Assembly (NCBI GenBank): GCA_964592525.1
Contig: CAZQFB010000003.1
Span: 19,043 to 83,042, forward strand
Reading direction: 5' to 3'
Origin: an uncultured Candidatus Saccharibacteria bacterium
GTDB lineage: Bacteria > Patescibacteriota > WWE3 > CAZQFB01
DNA length: 64,000 nt
In this document: positions 18,082 through 27,169 of the stretch, one piece after another
Layout: every line of letters begins with the position of its first letter
Numbering within the stretch: position 1 is the first letter of the stretch
The notes under the pieces: model-generated
What the model saw: only the letters and a program-made list of their open reading frames with translations
Databases searched by the model: none
Told to the model about the DNA's origin: nothing
Made by a program: the position numbers and the translations under genes

Positions 18082-18132
18082 AGAGCGTCCCGCTTAGCGG
18101 GAAGGTCGCGGGTTCGAATCCCGTCTCCCGCT
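18075..18132 (+). repeat. Partial tRNA-Gly duplicate with the anticodon arm replaced by a palindrome
   Basis: AGAGCG-TCCCGC-TTA-GCGGGA-AGGTCGCGGGTTCGAATCCCGTCTCCCGCT; the last 30 nt match the tRNA 3' end at 29 positions. Confidence 0.9.
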
Positions 18133-18213
18133 CTGGTGCTAAAATGATCTTGGGAATCACTATCCCACTTATGCTTATCAATATCTCAATTATTAAACAA
18201 AGAAAGGAAAATC

Positions 18214-18549
18214 ATGACCGATGTACATGACGTTACGGTGATTTATAACAATCTGGAGGAATACCTTAACGAGCAAGAAAGAGAAAATATTAATCACCTT
18301 ATTACTAATTTTTGTTTAAAAATCAGTCGGCAAGAAGAGATAGAAAAAATTGAGGTCAGTGCAACAGTACAAAAAAACCCTGTAGGCGAAGCTAACACTT
18401 TTCAAATTACCACCAAGCTGAATTTTTTTTCGGGTGAATATTTGGTTGCCCATGCCGGTGGTTGGGAGCTTGATTTGGCTATTAGAGAAGCATTAAAGAG
18501 ATTGGAAAAGCAGGAGAGAAGAAAACACCAACAAAAAGTTGACCATTAA
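18214..18549 (+). CDS. HPF/RaiA-like (ribosome hibernation fold) protein
   Basis: C-terminal VAHAGGWELDLAIREALKRLEKQ helix pattern; SD AAGGA. Confidence 0.55.
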   Translation: MTDVHDVTVIYNNLEEYLNEQERENINHLITNFCLKISRQEEIEKIEVSATVQKNPVGEANTFQITTKLNFFSGEYLVAHAGGWELDLAIREALKRLEKQERRKHQQKVDH

Positions 18550-18561
18550 TATAAATACCTG

Positions 18562-18634
18562 TGAGCGGTACTGGACTCGAACCAGTGACCTTTCGGATGT
18601 AAGCCGAATGCTCTACCAACTGAGCTAACCGCTC
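18562..18634 (-). tRNA. tRNA-Val(TAC)
   Basis: Minus-strand cloverleaf; TTCGG-CTTACAT-CCGAA. Confidence 0.94.
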
Positions 18635-18703
18635 CAATTAGGCTATTTTAACAAAATATAGCCTCTCTACCCAAATCATGAGTGCTATACTTTGACTATT
18701 GCC

Positions 18704-19378
18704 ATGAACAAAAAAGTAAAGCCCCTAGCCCCACAATTTAATTATACTAATCCTTTTAATATTGAGGCGACAGTTAATTTAACTAGTATTTTACTAACCC
18801 TGCTGTTATTGATCATAGCTTTTTGTGGTGGTTGGTTAACAGCTTACTTCATTAAGCTAAACGACACCAAGATACCAGCATATCTTCAGCTACAAAATCA
18901 TAACAACACTTCTCTCACCGAGGCTGTGAAAACAGAAATACCTGGACAGATACCTGGTGCTTGGGTGCGTTATGTCAACAAAGAGCATCACTTCTCGCTA
19001 CTTTTCCCTCCAACTACTAGTGATGTTCGCCTGCTTAATTACCCCCCAGTGCTAACTGATTACACCAAAAATCAGGTGCCTAATGTTATGCTTCGGGTGC
19101 AACTTAAACTAGTTCCCGAAAACTTTAACAAAGAGCAAGAGCTTAAACATAAATTATTGCTCACTTCAGAAAACCAAACCATCGCCTCACGAGAGGCTTA
19201 TAAATATGAATACTTAGTAACGGAAGGATTCCACGAAGTACATTTCCTCGTGCCAATTACGTCATCGGATTACCTGATTATGTCTTATCTTTATCACCCC
19301 GTGAAGACAACCGAAGCAGAAAAAAGTGAACTATCAACTATTATTAACACTTTACAGTTTGAGCACCAGACCCTCTAA
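18704..19378 (+). CDS. Membrane-anchored hypothetical protein (PsbP-like extracellular domain)
   Basis: One TM; W..Y.N...FSLLFP and terminal IINTLQF pattern. Confidence 0.7.
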   Translation: MNKKVKPLAPQFNYTNPFNIEATVNLTSILLTLLLLIIAFCGGWLTAYFIKLNDTKIPAYLQLQNHNNTSLTEAVKTEIPGQIPGAWVRYVNKEHHFSLLFPPTTSDVRLLNYPPVLTDYTKNQVPNVMLRVQLKLVPENFNKEQELKHKLLLTSENQTIASREAYKYEYLVTEGFHEVHFLVPITSSDYLIMSYLYHPVKTTEAEKSELSTIINTLQFEHQTL

Positions 19379-19410
19379 CTTACGCGTAACTTGCGTGATA
19401 TAATCAACTT

Positions 19411-20478
19411 ATGTTTAGACCTAATTACCAAATATCCAATAAAGTACTGAATAATTTAATGCGAATTGCGACCTTAAAAACATTTATTGAGCAGTCAAAT
19501 ATTGTCCCTAAGCAAGAGATAATTCTTAAGCGCAAAGCGGCTATCAGAATGGCAGCCAGCTCTACAGCGATAGAAGGAAATGTTCTTAATGAAAACGAGG
19601 TTGAACGTGTTTTTGAAGGTAAACACACCCACGCCCCAGATAAAGACGCTTTAGAGGTAAAAAACTATAAACGAGGGATTGAGTTTGTCAATAAAATATT
19701 AGTGGATAATCTGAAATTAGATCATCACTTGGTTCTACATATTCATAAAATATTAATGGCGGGTTTGTTGCCTGATGAGAAGTTAGGCAAATATCGCTCT
19801 GGTCCGGTGTATGTGGTTAATTTAGGAGCTACGGCTAAAAACGATAAACTTCTTTACACTGCCCCCAAAGCGGAAGAAGTACGACATCATGTGGGGGATT
19901 TACTTAAATGGGTGGATGAAGCTAAAAGCGAGGAATTATCATTAGTTATCATTGCTGCCTTGTTTCATTACCAATTTGTGACCATCCATCCCTTTACAGA
20001 TGGTAACGGCAGAACAACCCGTCTACTCACTACCTACCTCTTATATCAAGGCGGTTTGGATCTGGATAAGATCTATGCACTAGATTCTTATTATAACCAA
20101 GACCGCTTAGAGTACTATAAACAGTTGGATGTTGGTAAGACCTTTGCCCTTAGGAAAAAAGCTAATTTAACTCCTTGGTTAGAGTACTTTACCACTGGTT
20201 TTGTGTGGGAACTGGAAAGAATAAGAGAACAAATCCATATTCTCAAAGTGCAAACTAAAGATGATCAACACCAGACTATCTACTTGGATCAAGATGAAAT
20301 TAGAATCATTGATTTTTTAGCCAGTATGGGTCGTATAACTAGTACTGACGTGATGGATATCTTAAAGGTTTCTAAAAGATCGGCGCAATTAAAGATCAAA
20401 GAATTACTGGATAACGGCTTGATAGAAAAAAGAAGCCAGGGACCAGCCAGCTATTATGTAATGGTCAACAAGCATTAA
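19411..20478 (+). CDS. Fic family protein with C-terminal HTH
   Basis: HPFTDGNGRTTR catalytic motif; SSTAIEGN inhibitory motif. Confidence 0.93.
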   Translation: MFRPNYQISNKVLNNLMRIATLKTFIEQSNIVPKQEIILKRKAAIRMAASSTAIEGNVLNENEVERVFEGKHTHAPDKDALEVKNYKRGIEFVNKILVDNLKLDHHLVLHIHKILMAGLLPDEKLGKYRSGPVYVVNLGATAKNDKLLYTAPKAEEVRHHVGDLLKWVDEAKSEELSLVIIAALFHYQFVTIHPFTDGNGRTTRLLTTYLLYQGGLDLDKIYALDSYYNQDRLEYYKQLDVGKTFALRKKANLTPWLEYFTTGFVWELERIREQIHILKVQTKDDQHQTIYLDQDEIRIIDFLASMGRITSTDVMDILKVSKRSAQLKIKELLDNGLIEKRSQGPASYYVMVNKH

Positions 20479-20536
20479 TTTTGACTAAGGGCATTATATC
20501 CTATATTATTAAGCAATCCCAAAAAGGAGCGTTGCC

Positions 20537-20809
20537 GTGCTTAATCTACTCGGGTTGTTCTTCGGACTTGTCCTAGCGCGCATGATTTGGTGGTGGAATG
20601 AGGGTCGAGAAGTCAAACACCCGGTTTGTTGGATGGCAGTTGTGTTTGCTTGTTGTGGGTTTGCTGCTGGTAATGCGGTTAATTGGTGGTTCAACCAGTA
20701 CACTTGGCAGTGGCTAATGGTTTCTTTGGTAGTTGCTCTTTGTTTTTGGTTGGGGCTGTGTGTTTATTATTGGTTAGTTGATTGTAGGCGACCTTTGCTG
20801 CGTAAGTAA
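20537..20809 (+). CDS. Orphan Trp/Cys-rich small membrane protein (90 aa, about 3 TM); mini-cassette G
   Basis: TTGACT-17-TATTAT at 20481-20509; SD AAGGAG; terminator 20808-20833. Confidence 0.75.
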   Translation: MLNLLGLFFGLVLARMIWWWNEGREVKHPVCWMAVVFACCGFAAGNAVNWWFNQYTWQWLMVSLVVALCFWLGLCVYYWLVDCRRPLLRK

Positions 20810-20833
20810 ACCGGCGAGGCCGCCGGTTTTTTT
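20808..20833 (+). terminator. Intrinsic terminator
   Basis: AAACCGGCG-aggc-CGCCGGTTT followed by a T-run. Confidence 0.8.
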
Positions 20834-20842
20834 ATTGCTTAT

Positions 20843-21844
20843 TTAATACTTAGTAGCACTGGTTAGGGTTGTTTGACCAAGTTCGGCTGCGACTTCTTTT
20901 GCTAAGCATTCTTTAAAGACTTGTCTAGCTTCTGGGTATTTGGAGTTATCTCCACGCCAAGTTTCTAAAGCAGGTTGTTCAAGAGCGCGCAGGAATGAAA
21001 AAGATATTTGCCAAGGGAGGGGTTCAAGTTGAGCGATAGCATTAAGGTTAGCTGTTGCTTGGTCAGGCGTTTGACCACCCGATAAAAAAACAATGCCCGG
21101 AACATCATTAGGCACTGTTTGTTTTAATACCTGCACCGTTAGTTGCGCAGTTTCTGCGGGGGTGCTGGGTTGACCGTTGCTGGGTAGGATCATATTGGTT
21201 TTTAAAATAATTTGCTCGCGATTAACGCGCAGGAAATCAAGCTCACGAAACAAGCTTAGTAATATTTCAGTAGAAACTTCGCCGCATTTTTCTGCACTAT
21301 GCTGACCATTCATTAATACCTCTGGTTCAAGGATAGGGACTAAACCTGCCTGTTGCACGATTGAAGCATATAAGGCCAACAGGTTTGAATTAACTGCAAT
21401 TGCTTGTGGGGAGGGAATGCCATCGCCAATACTATAAACGCTTCGCCATTTGGTAAAGCTTGCCCCCAAACTTTTAAAAACCCTAACCTTAACGGCTAAT
21501 TGGTCAAGTCCCTCGGTATATTTTTCCTGTGGAAAACCCGGCAAGTTGGTAGTACCAAGATCTACTTTAACCCCGATCAAGATGCCCTTTTGTTTTAATA
21601 TTTCCGTAAAACCTAGCCCGTTACTAGCTGTTTGTTGAATAGTATCTTCGGCTAAGATGATACCGTTAATGTAATTTTCCAAGCCATCAGTGCAGATAAA
21701 TAGTTGACGGTACGCTCGTCGCATTTCTGCCGTTGGGGGTATGCCCAAGCTTGTAAATTTCTTATTTAAGGAGGAAATTCTCTCATCCGAGGCCAAGATC
21801 CCTTTACCGGGATGGACTAATAGTCGGGCAGTATTAGTTTGCAT
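20843..21844 (-). CDS. Class I fructose-bisphosphate aldolase
   Basis: KGILASDE, GVKVDLG, KWRSV, VPILEPEV, FLSGGQ motifs. Confidence 0.93.
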   Translation of the reverse strand: MQTNTARLLVHPGKGILASDERISSLNKKFTSLGIPPTAEMRRAYRQLFICTDGLENYINGIILAEDTIQQTASNGLGFTEILKQKGILIGVKVDLGTTNLPGFPQEKYTEGLDQLAVKVRVFKSLGASFTKWRSVYSIGDGIPSPQAIAVNSNLLALYASIVQQAGLVPILEPEVLMNGQHSAEKCGEVSTEILLSLFRELDFLRVNREQIILKTNMILPSNGQPSTPAETAQLTVQVLKQTVPNDVPGIVFLSGGQTPDQATANLNAIAQLEPLPWQISFSFLRALEQPALETWRGDNSKYPEARQVFKECLAKEVAAELGQTTLTSATKY

Positions 21845-21887
21845 GATACCCTAAGTTTAGCAAAGGTTACTAGCTATAGCGATAGGC

Positions 21888-22232
21888 TTAGTTAAGAAAA
21901 CGGTTAAAAAACCAATTAATTATGGTGAGCAAGATACTAAACAAAAGTGCCCAACCAATTCCTTGCACAGTGAACCCCGGCACCAGCCAAGCAGCGAGTA
22001 AAATTAAGCTAGCATTAATCACCAGAGTGAACAAGCCAAAGCTCATTAAATTAATGGGTAGGGTTAAGATCAGCAGTACTGGTTTTATCAGGGCATTAAC
22101 TACGCCTAAGATAATAGCGGTAATCAGAGCTGCGGTGGAGGAGTCAATAGTAACCCCACTTAATATATAAGCTGCAGTGTAAACCGCTAAACCATTGATT
22201 ATGAGCGTCAAGAACAAATTAGTAACTTTCAT
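21888..22232 (-). CDS. Phage-holin-like membrane protein (YvlD/DUF360 family)
   Basis: IKPVLLILTLPINLMSFGLFTLVINA motif. Confidence 0.88.
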   Translation of the reverse strand: MKVTNLFLTLIINGLAVYTAAYILSGVTIDSSTAALITAIILGVVNALIKPVLLILTLPINLMSFGLFTLVINASLILLAAWLVPGFTVQGIGWALLFSILLTIINWFFNRFLN

Positions 22233-22327
22233 ACCTTCAGTATAACTATTTAGACCCTCATTGCCAAGATTACAGACTGGCTTAGAAAAATATTGACAAC
22301 TAAATATTATCAGCGTATTAATACTTT

Positions 22328-22397
22328 TGTACTCGAATAAGGCTCAACCTTATTTGAGTGCACGATCAGGCGATTTCCCTTGTGGTGATCGCCTTTT
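22328..22397 (+). ncRNA. Candidate two-hairpin small RNA
   Basis: TTGACA-17-TATTAA upstream; 15-bp stem then terminator AGGCGAT/ATCGCCT plus TTT; no ORF. Confidence 0.45.
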
Positions 22398-22479
22398 CGA
22401 TTATTCACCCTCTATATTATTTTTAAAGATGCTATTTATATCTCTCATATTTTGGCTTTTATTTTGTTAATATTTGATT

Positions 22480-24237
22480 ATGAGTCCTTTAAAAACAGCA
22501 CTATTATTGCTCACTTTAGTTTTTTGTTTCCCCTCTCATATATATGCTCAAGAGGATCAATGGGTTATTAACAACTTTGATTCTAAGATTGACATAGAGG
22601 AAACCGGTTCGGTATTTGTGGAGGAGACCATCACCGTAGATTTTAAGGAGTTAGAAAAGCACGGCATTTTTAGAGTACTACCCTATTTATATACAAGTAC
22701 AACAAGTGAAATATATACAAAAGTTGATATTTTATCTGTGATTCAGGATGGTGTTCAAGTGGAGTATGAGCTTTCCAAAGATAACAACAACATCTCAATT
22801 AAAATTGGCTCTCCCTCAAAAACGATAAGTGGTCGGCATAGCTACACTATTAAATACAAGGTTCTCGGTGTTTTGTCTTCGTACCATGATTTTGATGAAT
22901 TATATTGGAATGTTACTGGCAATCAGTGGGAGGTGCCTATTATTAGCTCATCAGCTACCATTGATTTGAGGGCCACGAAAATAGGACAAACCGCTTGTTA
23001 TCAGGGTTATAGTCAAAAAACAGATTTCTGCCAATCTCAAACCTTATCAGATTCCAAAGTCTATTTTAAGGCGAATGGCAGATTGGAACCTTACGAAGGT
23101 CTTACGGTGGCTGTCAATTGGGAGAAAGACAGGATGCCCATTGTAAAAGTGGAAAAACCACTCACAGTTAGTGCTCTATTTTTCCAAAGAAGATCAATGG
23201 CACTAACGGGAATAGGAATTCTTGCTGGGATACTTTACCTAATAATTCATTGGCAAATGTATGGTCGTGATTATTGGTTTGGTCAGAAAGTATTGAGTGA
23301 TAAAAATATTAAAGGGGCGAAAAAGCCAATAGGTGGTCATGAAACAATAGTGGTGGAATATACCCCACCGGATAAACTCACCCCCGCAGAACTTGGCGTA
23401 ACAATTGATGAAACGGCGGATTCAAACGATATCGTTTCAATTATCATAGATCTTGCCAGCAGGGAATATATAAAAATTACCGAAATTGATAAAAAGCTTA
23501 TGAAAGATGATTTTGAACTAGAGAAATTAGATAATGACGAAACTAAGCTACAAAGTTTTGAAAAGGTTCTTTTAAAAGGTATATTTTCTGATGGTGATAA
23601 AGTTAGAGTATCCAATCTTAAACGTAACCTATACCGCCACCTTGATTCTGTTAAATTTTACCTTTATAGGGAACTTACAGATAAAAGAATCTTTTTCTCA
23701 AATCCAGATACCGTACGCACTAAGTATTTTGGCATCGGCTTTATCATAGGTGTGGCTGGGATAATATTAATATTTTCTTTAAAAAATACACCGTATATTT
23801 TTATATTTGATCTTGCTGTGGTAATTACCATATTCGGCATATTAACTATTCTAATATCAAAATTCATGCCAAAAAAGACTGCCTATGGTAGGGATTTATA
23901 TCGCAGAGCTAAAGGTTATGAGCTTTTCCTCAAAACAGCAGAGAAACATAAACAACAATTTTTAGAGGATAAAAACTTAATAAACGAAGTATTACCCTAT
24001 GTTGTGATGTTTGGTCTTACGAAAAGATTTGCTAAGGCAATGAAGGAAACAGGTATTAAACCAAACACCCCTAATTGGTATATATCCAACAAAGCGTTTA
24101 GTGCTGATGCCTTTGCTGACAATATGTCCTCCCTAAGTTCAAATCTTTCCCGAGCAACTGCCCCAAAAAGCAGTGGTAGTGGTGGTGGGGGCTTTAGTGG
24201 TGGTGGTTTTGGTGGGGGTGGGGGCGGAAGCTGGTAG
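22480..24237 (+). CDS. DUF2207 family membrane protein
   Basis: HGIFR, ELYWNVTGNQW and terminal GGGFSGGGFGGGGGGSW. Confidence 0.92.
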   Translation: MSPLKTALLLLTLVFCFPSHIYAQEDQWVINNFDSKIDIEETGSVFVEETITVDFKELEKHGIFRVLPYLYTSTTSEIYTKVDILSVIQDGVQVEYELSKDNNNISIKIGSPSKTISGRHSYTIKYKVLGVLSSYHDFDELYWNVTGNQWEVPIISSSATIDLRATKIGQTACYQGYSQKTDFCQSQTLSDSKVYFKANGRLEPYEGLTVAVNWEKDRMPIVKVEKPLTVSALFFQRRSMALTGIGILAGILYLIIHWQMYGRDYWFGQKVLSDKNIKGAKKPIGGHETIVVEYTPPDKLTPAELGVTIDETADSNDIVSIIIDLASREYIKITEIDKKLMKDDFELEKLDNDETKLQSFEKVLLKGIFSDGDKVRVSNLKRNLYRHLDSVKFYLYRELTDKRIFFSNPDTVRTKYFGIGFIIGVAGIILIFSLKNTPYIFIFDLAVVITIFGILTILISKFMPKKTAYGRDLYRRAKGYELFLKTAEKHKQQFLEDKNLINEVLPYVVMFGLTKRFAKAMKETGIKPNTPNWYISNKAFSADAFADNMSSLSSNLSRATAPKSSGSGGGGFSGGGFGGGGGGSW

Positions 24238-24284
24238 TAAGGCAGTGCCATGAGTACTCTTTTATTGTTATAATTATCTTGTTT

Positions 24285-24376
24285 CTTTTATCAAGAGTGC
24301 GGTTAGAGATTTGGCTCAATGACCCGCCGGCAACCAATGCTTTAGCATCAGGTGCCTCCGCCAAAAACGATGAGAG
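24285..24376 (+). promoter_or_regulatory. SAM-I (S-box) family riboswitch lacking P4
   Basis: TTATCAAGAG, TGGCTC-AATGA, GGCAACC, GGTGCC and GATGAG core; P1 24285-92/24369-76; directly upstream of metK. Confidence 0.88.
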
Positions 24377-24439
24377 CAAGCCTTAGACTAATCCCTTGAT
24401 AAAAGATTCAGCATAATAGTTAAAGCAAAGGAGGCTTAA

Positions 24440-25396
24440 ATGTCTAAATTAATAGCTGAAGCAGTATCTTTTATGCATCCTGATAAAATCTGCGACCAAT
24501 TTTCTGATCTGTTACTAGATGAGTATTTAAAGCAAGATCCCAGGTCACGTGTGGCCGTAGAATGTGTGGGAGGTCATGGCCACCTTTCATTATTTGGGGA
24601 AGTAACCTCTCAAGCGCAACTGGATGCTGCTGCGGTTGCTCGTAAATATTACCAAGCACTAACCGGGGAGGATATTGAGGTCAATTCATATTTAAGCCAA
24701 CAATCGGCTGATATTGCACAGGGTGTAAATTTGGGTGGTGCTGGTGATCAGGGAATCATGATCGGTTATGCTTGTAGTGAAAACAAACTACTTCTACCCC
24801 AAGAAATGTATCTTGCCAGAAAATTGCTTAAAGGACTTAAGGTTGATGCTAAATCACAGGTGGTGATGAATGGTTCTAAGGTAGAGTCTGTAGTGATTTC
24901 AGTTCAAGGTAAAGAGCAAAAGGAATTAGTTGATTATGTTTTGAATCTTGGCATAAATGTAGATAAAAATCATATCTATGCTAATCAGACGGGCAAGTTT
25001 GAGCTTGGGGGATTTGAAGCCGATAGTGGGTGTACGGGTAGAAAGATTGTAGTAGATGCTTACGGACCACGAGTGCCTGTTGGTGGGGGTGCTTTTTCTG
25101 GTAAAGATCCTTCTAAAGTAGATCGTTCATCTGCCTATATGGCACGTTGGATAGCCATTCAGTTATTGCATGAATATGATGCCAAAGAGACATTAGTCCG
25201 ACTTGGATACGTCATTGGTAAGGCAGAACCTTTAATGAAACAAGCCGTTGTTGATGGCAAAGAAATAAACCTTGCTTATGATTGCCGACCAACTGCAATT
25301 ATAGAAAGATTTGATCTTCTAAGACCCATTTATCTGGATACAGCCAAAAATGGTCACTTCGGGAGGAAAGAGCTGCCTTGGGAAAAATTATCTTAA
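24440..25396 (+). CDS. metK: S-adenosylmethionine synthetase (compact, 318 aa)
   Basis: HPDKICDQ, GAGDQG, TGRKIVVDAYG, GGGAFSGKDPSKVDRS motifs. Confidence 0.92.
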   Translation: MSKLIAEAVSFMHPDKICDQFSDLLLDEYLKQDPRSRVAVECVGGHGHLSLFGEVTSQAQLDAAAVARKYYQALTGEDIEVNSYLSQQSADIAQGVNLGGAGDQGIMIGYACSENKLLLPQEMYLARKLLKGLKVDAKSQVVMNGSKVESVVISVQGKEQKELVDYVLNLGINVDKNHIYANQTGKFELGGFEADSGCTGRKIVVDAYGPRVPVGGGAFSGKDPSKVDRSSAYMARWIAIQLLHEYDAKETLVRLGYVIGKAEPLMKQAVVDGKEINLAYDCRPTAIIERFDLLRPIYLDTAKNGHFGRKELPWEKLS

Positions 25397-25911
25397 GAGA
25401 GTATGACAGAAGCAGCGAAGAAGAACACGATGATACTTAAAGTGTCTTGAATAATGGTGGCAATTGGTCCGCTCGCTTCCGCTGGATCTTGGTGGAAACG
25501 CCAAAAGTAATAAGGGATGATAGTACCCGAGAGCAGTGAGCTTAATATACCACCTAATACCCCCACAGACACCGCTAAACCTACTTTAGCTGAATTGTGG
25601 ATCAAAGTAATAGTGGGTAGGGCGATGATGAAAATAGTAAAACCTACTAAGATGGTTAGTAAGAACTGTTTAACTAAAAAAGACTGAAAGATAAATTTCT
25701 TGTCGGTGCTAATAGCTCTGATAATGACACTTTCCATTTGTGTCCCCACCGCATCTGAAATGTACACAATCATGGGGATATACGCTGCTAAAAAAAGATA
25801 TTGGCTGATGAGCTTTTCGTAATAACCAATTATGCGAGCAATAAAAAAACTGCCCCCCAAACCCAAAAGTAGCCAAAACACTCGTAAGCGATATTCTTGT
25901 AGGAGGGACAT
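25393..25911 (-). CDS. MgtE-family transporter, membrane domain only
   Basis: AAYIPMI, GTQ, DPAEASGPIATIIQD motifs. Confidence 0.82.
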   Translation of the reverse strand: MSLLQEYRLRVFWLLLGLGGSFFIARIIGYYEKLISQYLFLAAYIPMIVYISDAVGTQMESVIIRAISTDKKFIFQSFLVKQFLLTILVGFTIFIIALPTITLIHNSAKVGLAVSVGVLGGILSSLLSGTIIPYYFWRFHQDPAEASGPIATIIQDTLSIIVFFFAASVILS

Positions 25912-25985
25912 ACTTTAAGTATGACACTCACCCCATAACTTGGGAAGCATAAGAAAAAGTGAAGAAAATATGATAACTTAATATT

Positions 25986-26312
25986 ATGCAATACCATCTG
26001 GTATCGTTGTTAATTGCTGGTGGGTTTGGTGGTTTAGTGCGGGGAATAGTTGGTTTTCTTAAACACCAGTTTGCTTATAAAGAAGTGTCTTTTAAACCCA
26101 AGTATATAACTGCCATCATGTTACTTTCCGCTTTAGTTGGTTTGGTAGTGACCTGGTCAATTGTGAAAAGCGGTTTGACGATAGCGGGTATGGAGGAGAT
26201 TAACCCAGCCATAGCTTTTATTGTGGGTTACGCTGGGGGTGACTTAATTGAGAACATCTATAAAATAATTGCAGGTAAAACGACTCTTTACCCGCTTAGT
26301 GAGAAAAAATGA
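25986..26312 (+). CDS. Small membrane protein
   Basis: About 3 TM; AFIVGYAGGDLIEN. Confidence 0.75.
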   Translation: MQYHLVSLLIAGGFGGLVRGIVGFLKHQFAYKEVSFKPKYITAIMLLSALVGLVVTWSIVKSGLTIAGMEEINPAIAFIVGYAGGDLIENIYKIIAGKTTLYPLSEKK

Positions 26313-26899
26313 AAAAAATACTTGTTTTGCTAATTATTATTCTGGCGGGAGTGTGGTTTTTGTTTTTACGTCCCCAGGATACGGGTGACTTAATTGTAGA
26401 AACCAAGATCCCGGAAAAAGAATCCCCAGCCGTTAAAGATGACTCAGTCAATCTAGCCAACCCAGCTTCCGTGTTTTGCGAGGAGGAGGGAGGGGAACTG
26501 GAACTAGTAACACTTTCCTCTGGAAATCAGCTGGGAATTTGTCAATTTGGTGATTATGCTTGTGAAGAATGGTCTCTTTACAGGGGTGAATGCACTATAG
26601 AAGAGGATCAAGTTGCGATCAAGCAAGCCTTAGTAGCCAAAGGCTTGGATTTATCAATGTCGGAGGTTATTATTCATAACCATTTAGGCAGGGATATTGG
26701 TGGGGGTGTGGTAGCAACCTCCGGAGAAGCTGGTGGTGGTTATGTTTTTGCCCACAAGTCTGATGGTGGCATTATTTCTATAGTGGCTGATGGTAACGGT
26801 TCAATTATGTGCAGTGCCTTGGCAGAATACCCCGATTTTTCCACTTATCTTATACCGGAATGTATTGATGATGCGACTAGCCAGCCCGTTAAGCGTTAA
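26309..26899 (+). CDS. DUF333-domain protein
   Basis: LANPASVFCEEEGG...CEEWSLYRGEC motif. Confidence 0.85.
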   Translation: MKKILVLLIIILAGVWFLFLRPQDTGDLIVETKIPEKESPAVKDDSVNLANPASVFCEEEGGELELVTLSSGNQLGICQFGDYACEEWSLYRGECTIEEDQVAIKQALVAKGLDLSMSEVIIHNHLGRDIGGGVVATSGEAGGGYVFAHKSDGGIISIVADGNGSIMCSALAEYPDFSTYLIPECIDDATSQPVKR

Positions 26900-27169
26900 T
26901 TTGGTCTTCTAATATTATTTTGTTAATTTCACACATGGCATATCAAGCGTTGGGCTTGATAACTTCATGTCTTATTGTGTAAGAATAAAATAGTGACTAA
27001 CAACTTACATTTATTTTCGTAATTGGTGGTGTATAAATGGGTGGTAAAATTGTTATGCTTTTTTGATTATTACAACCAGCCGTTAGCTTAAATTTATACT
27101 AAAACGTTCCAAAATTCACTTAATAGCCACATTAATATGTTGTATAACTAGTGTATTTAATAATGGTAA

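Noticed and set aside
18075-18132. Functional suppressor tRNA with TTA anticodon, or an intron-split tRNA
   Set aside because: The copy has no 5' acceptor strand and only a 3-nt loop, and the upstream tRNA-Gly is already complete
8880-20833. Integron cassette array explanation for the small ORFs
   Set aside because: No integron integrase and no recognisable attC (RYYYAAC...GTTRRRY) sites; the cassettes are dispersed, on both strands and carry their own promoters
3347-22232. Prophage suggested by two holin-like genes
   Set aside because: YvlD/DUF360 proteins are common chromosomal membrane proteins; no capsid, terminase or lysin genes are present
24175-24237. G-rich GGT/GGC repeat
   Set aside because: It encodes the normal Gly-rich C-terminus of DUF2207 proteins
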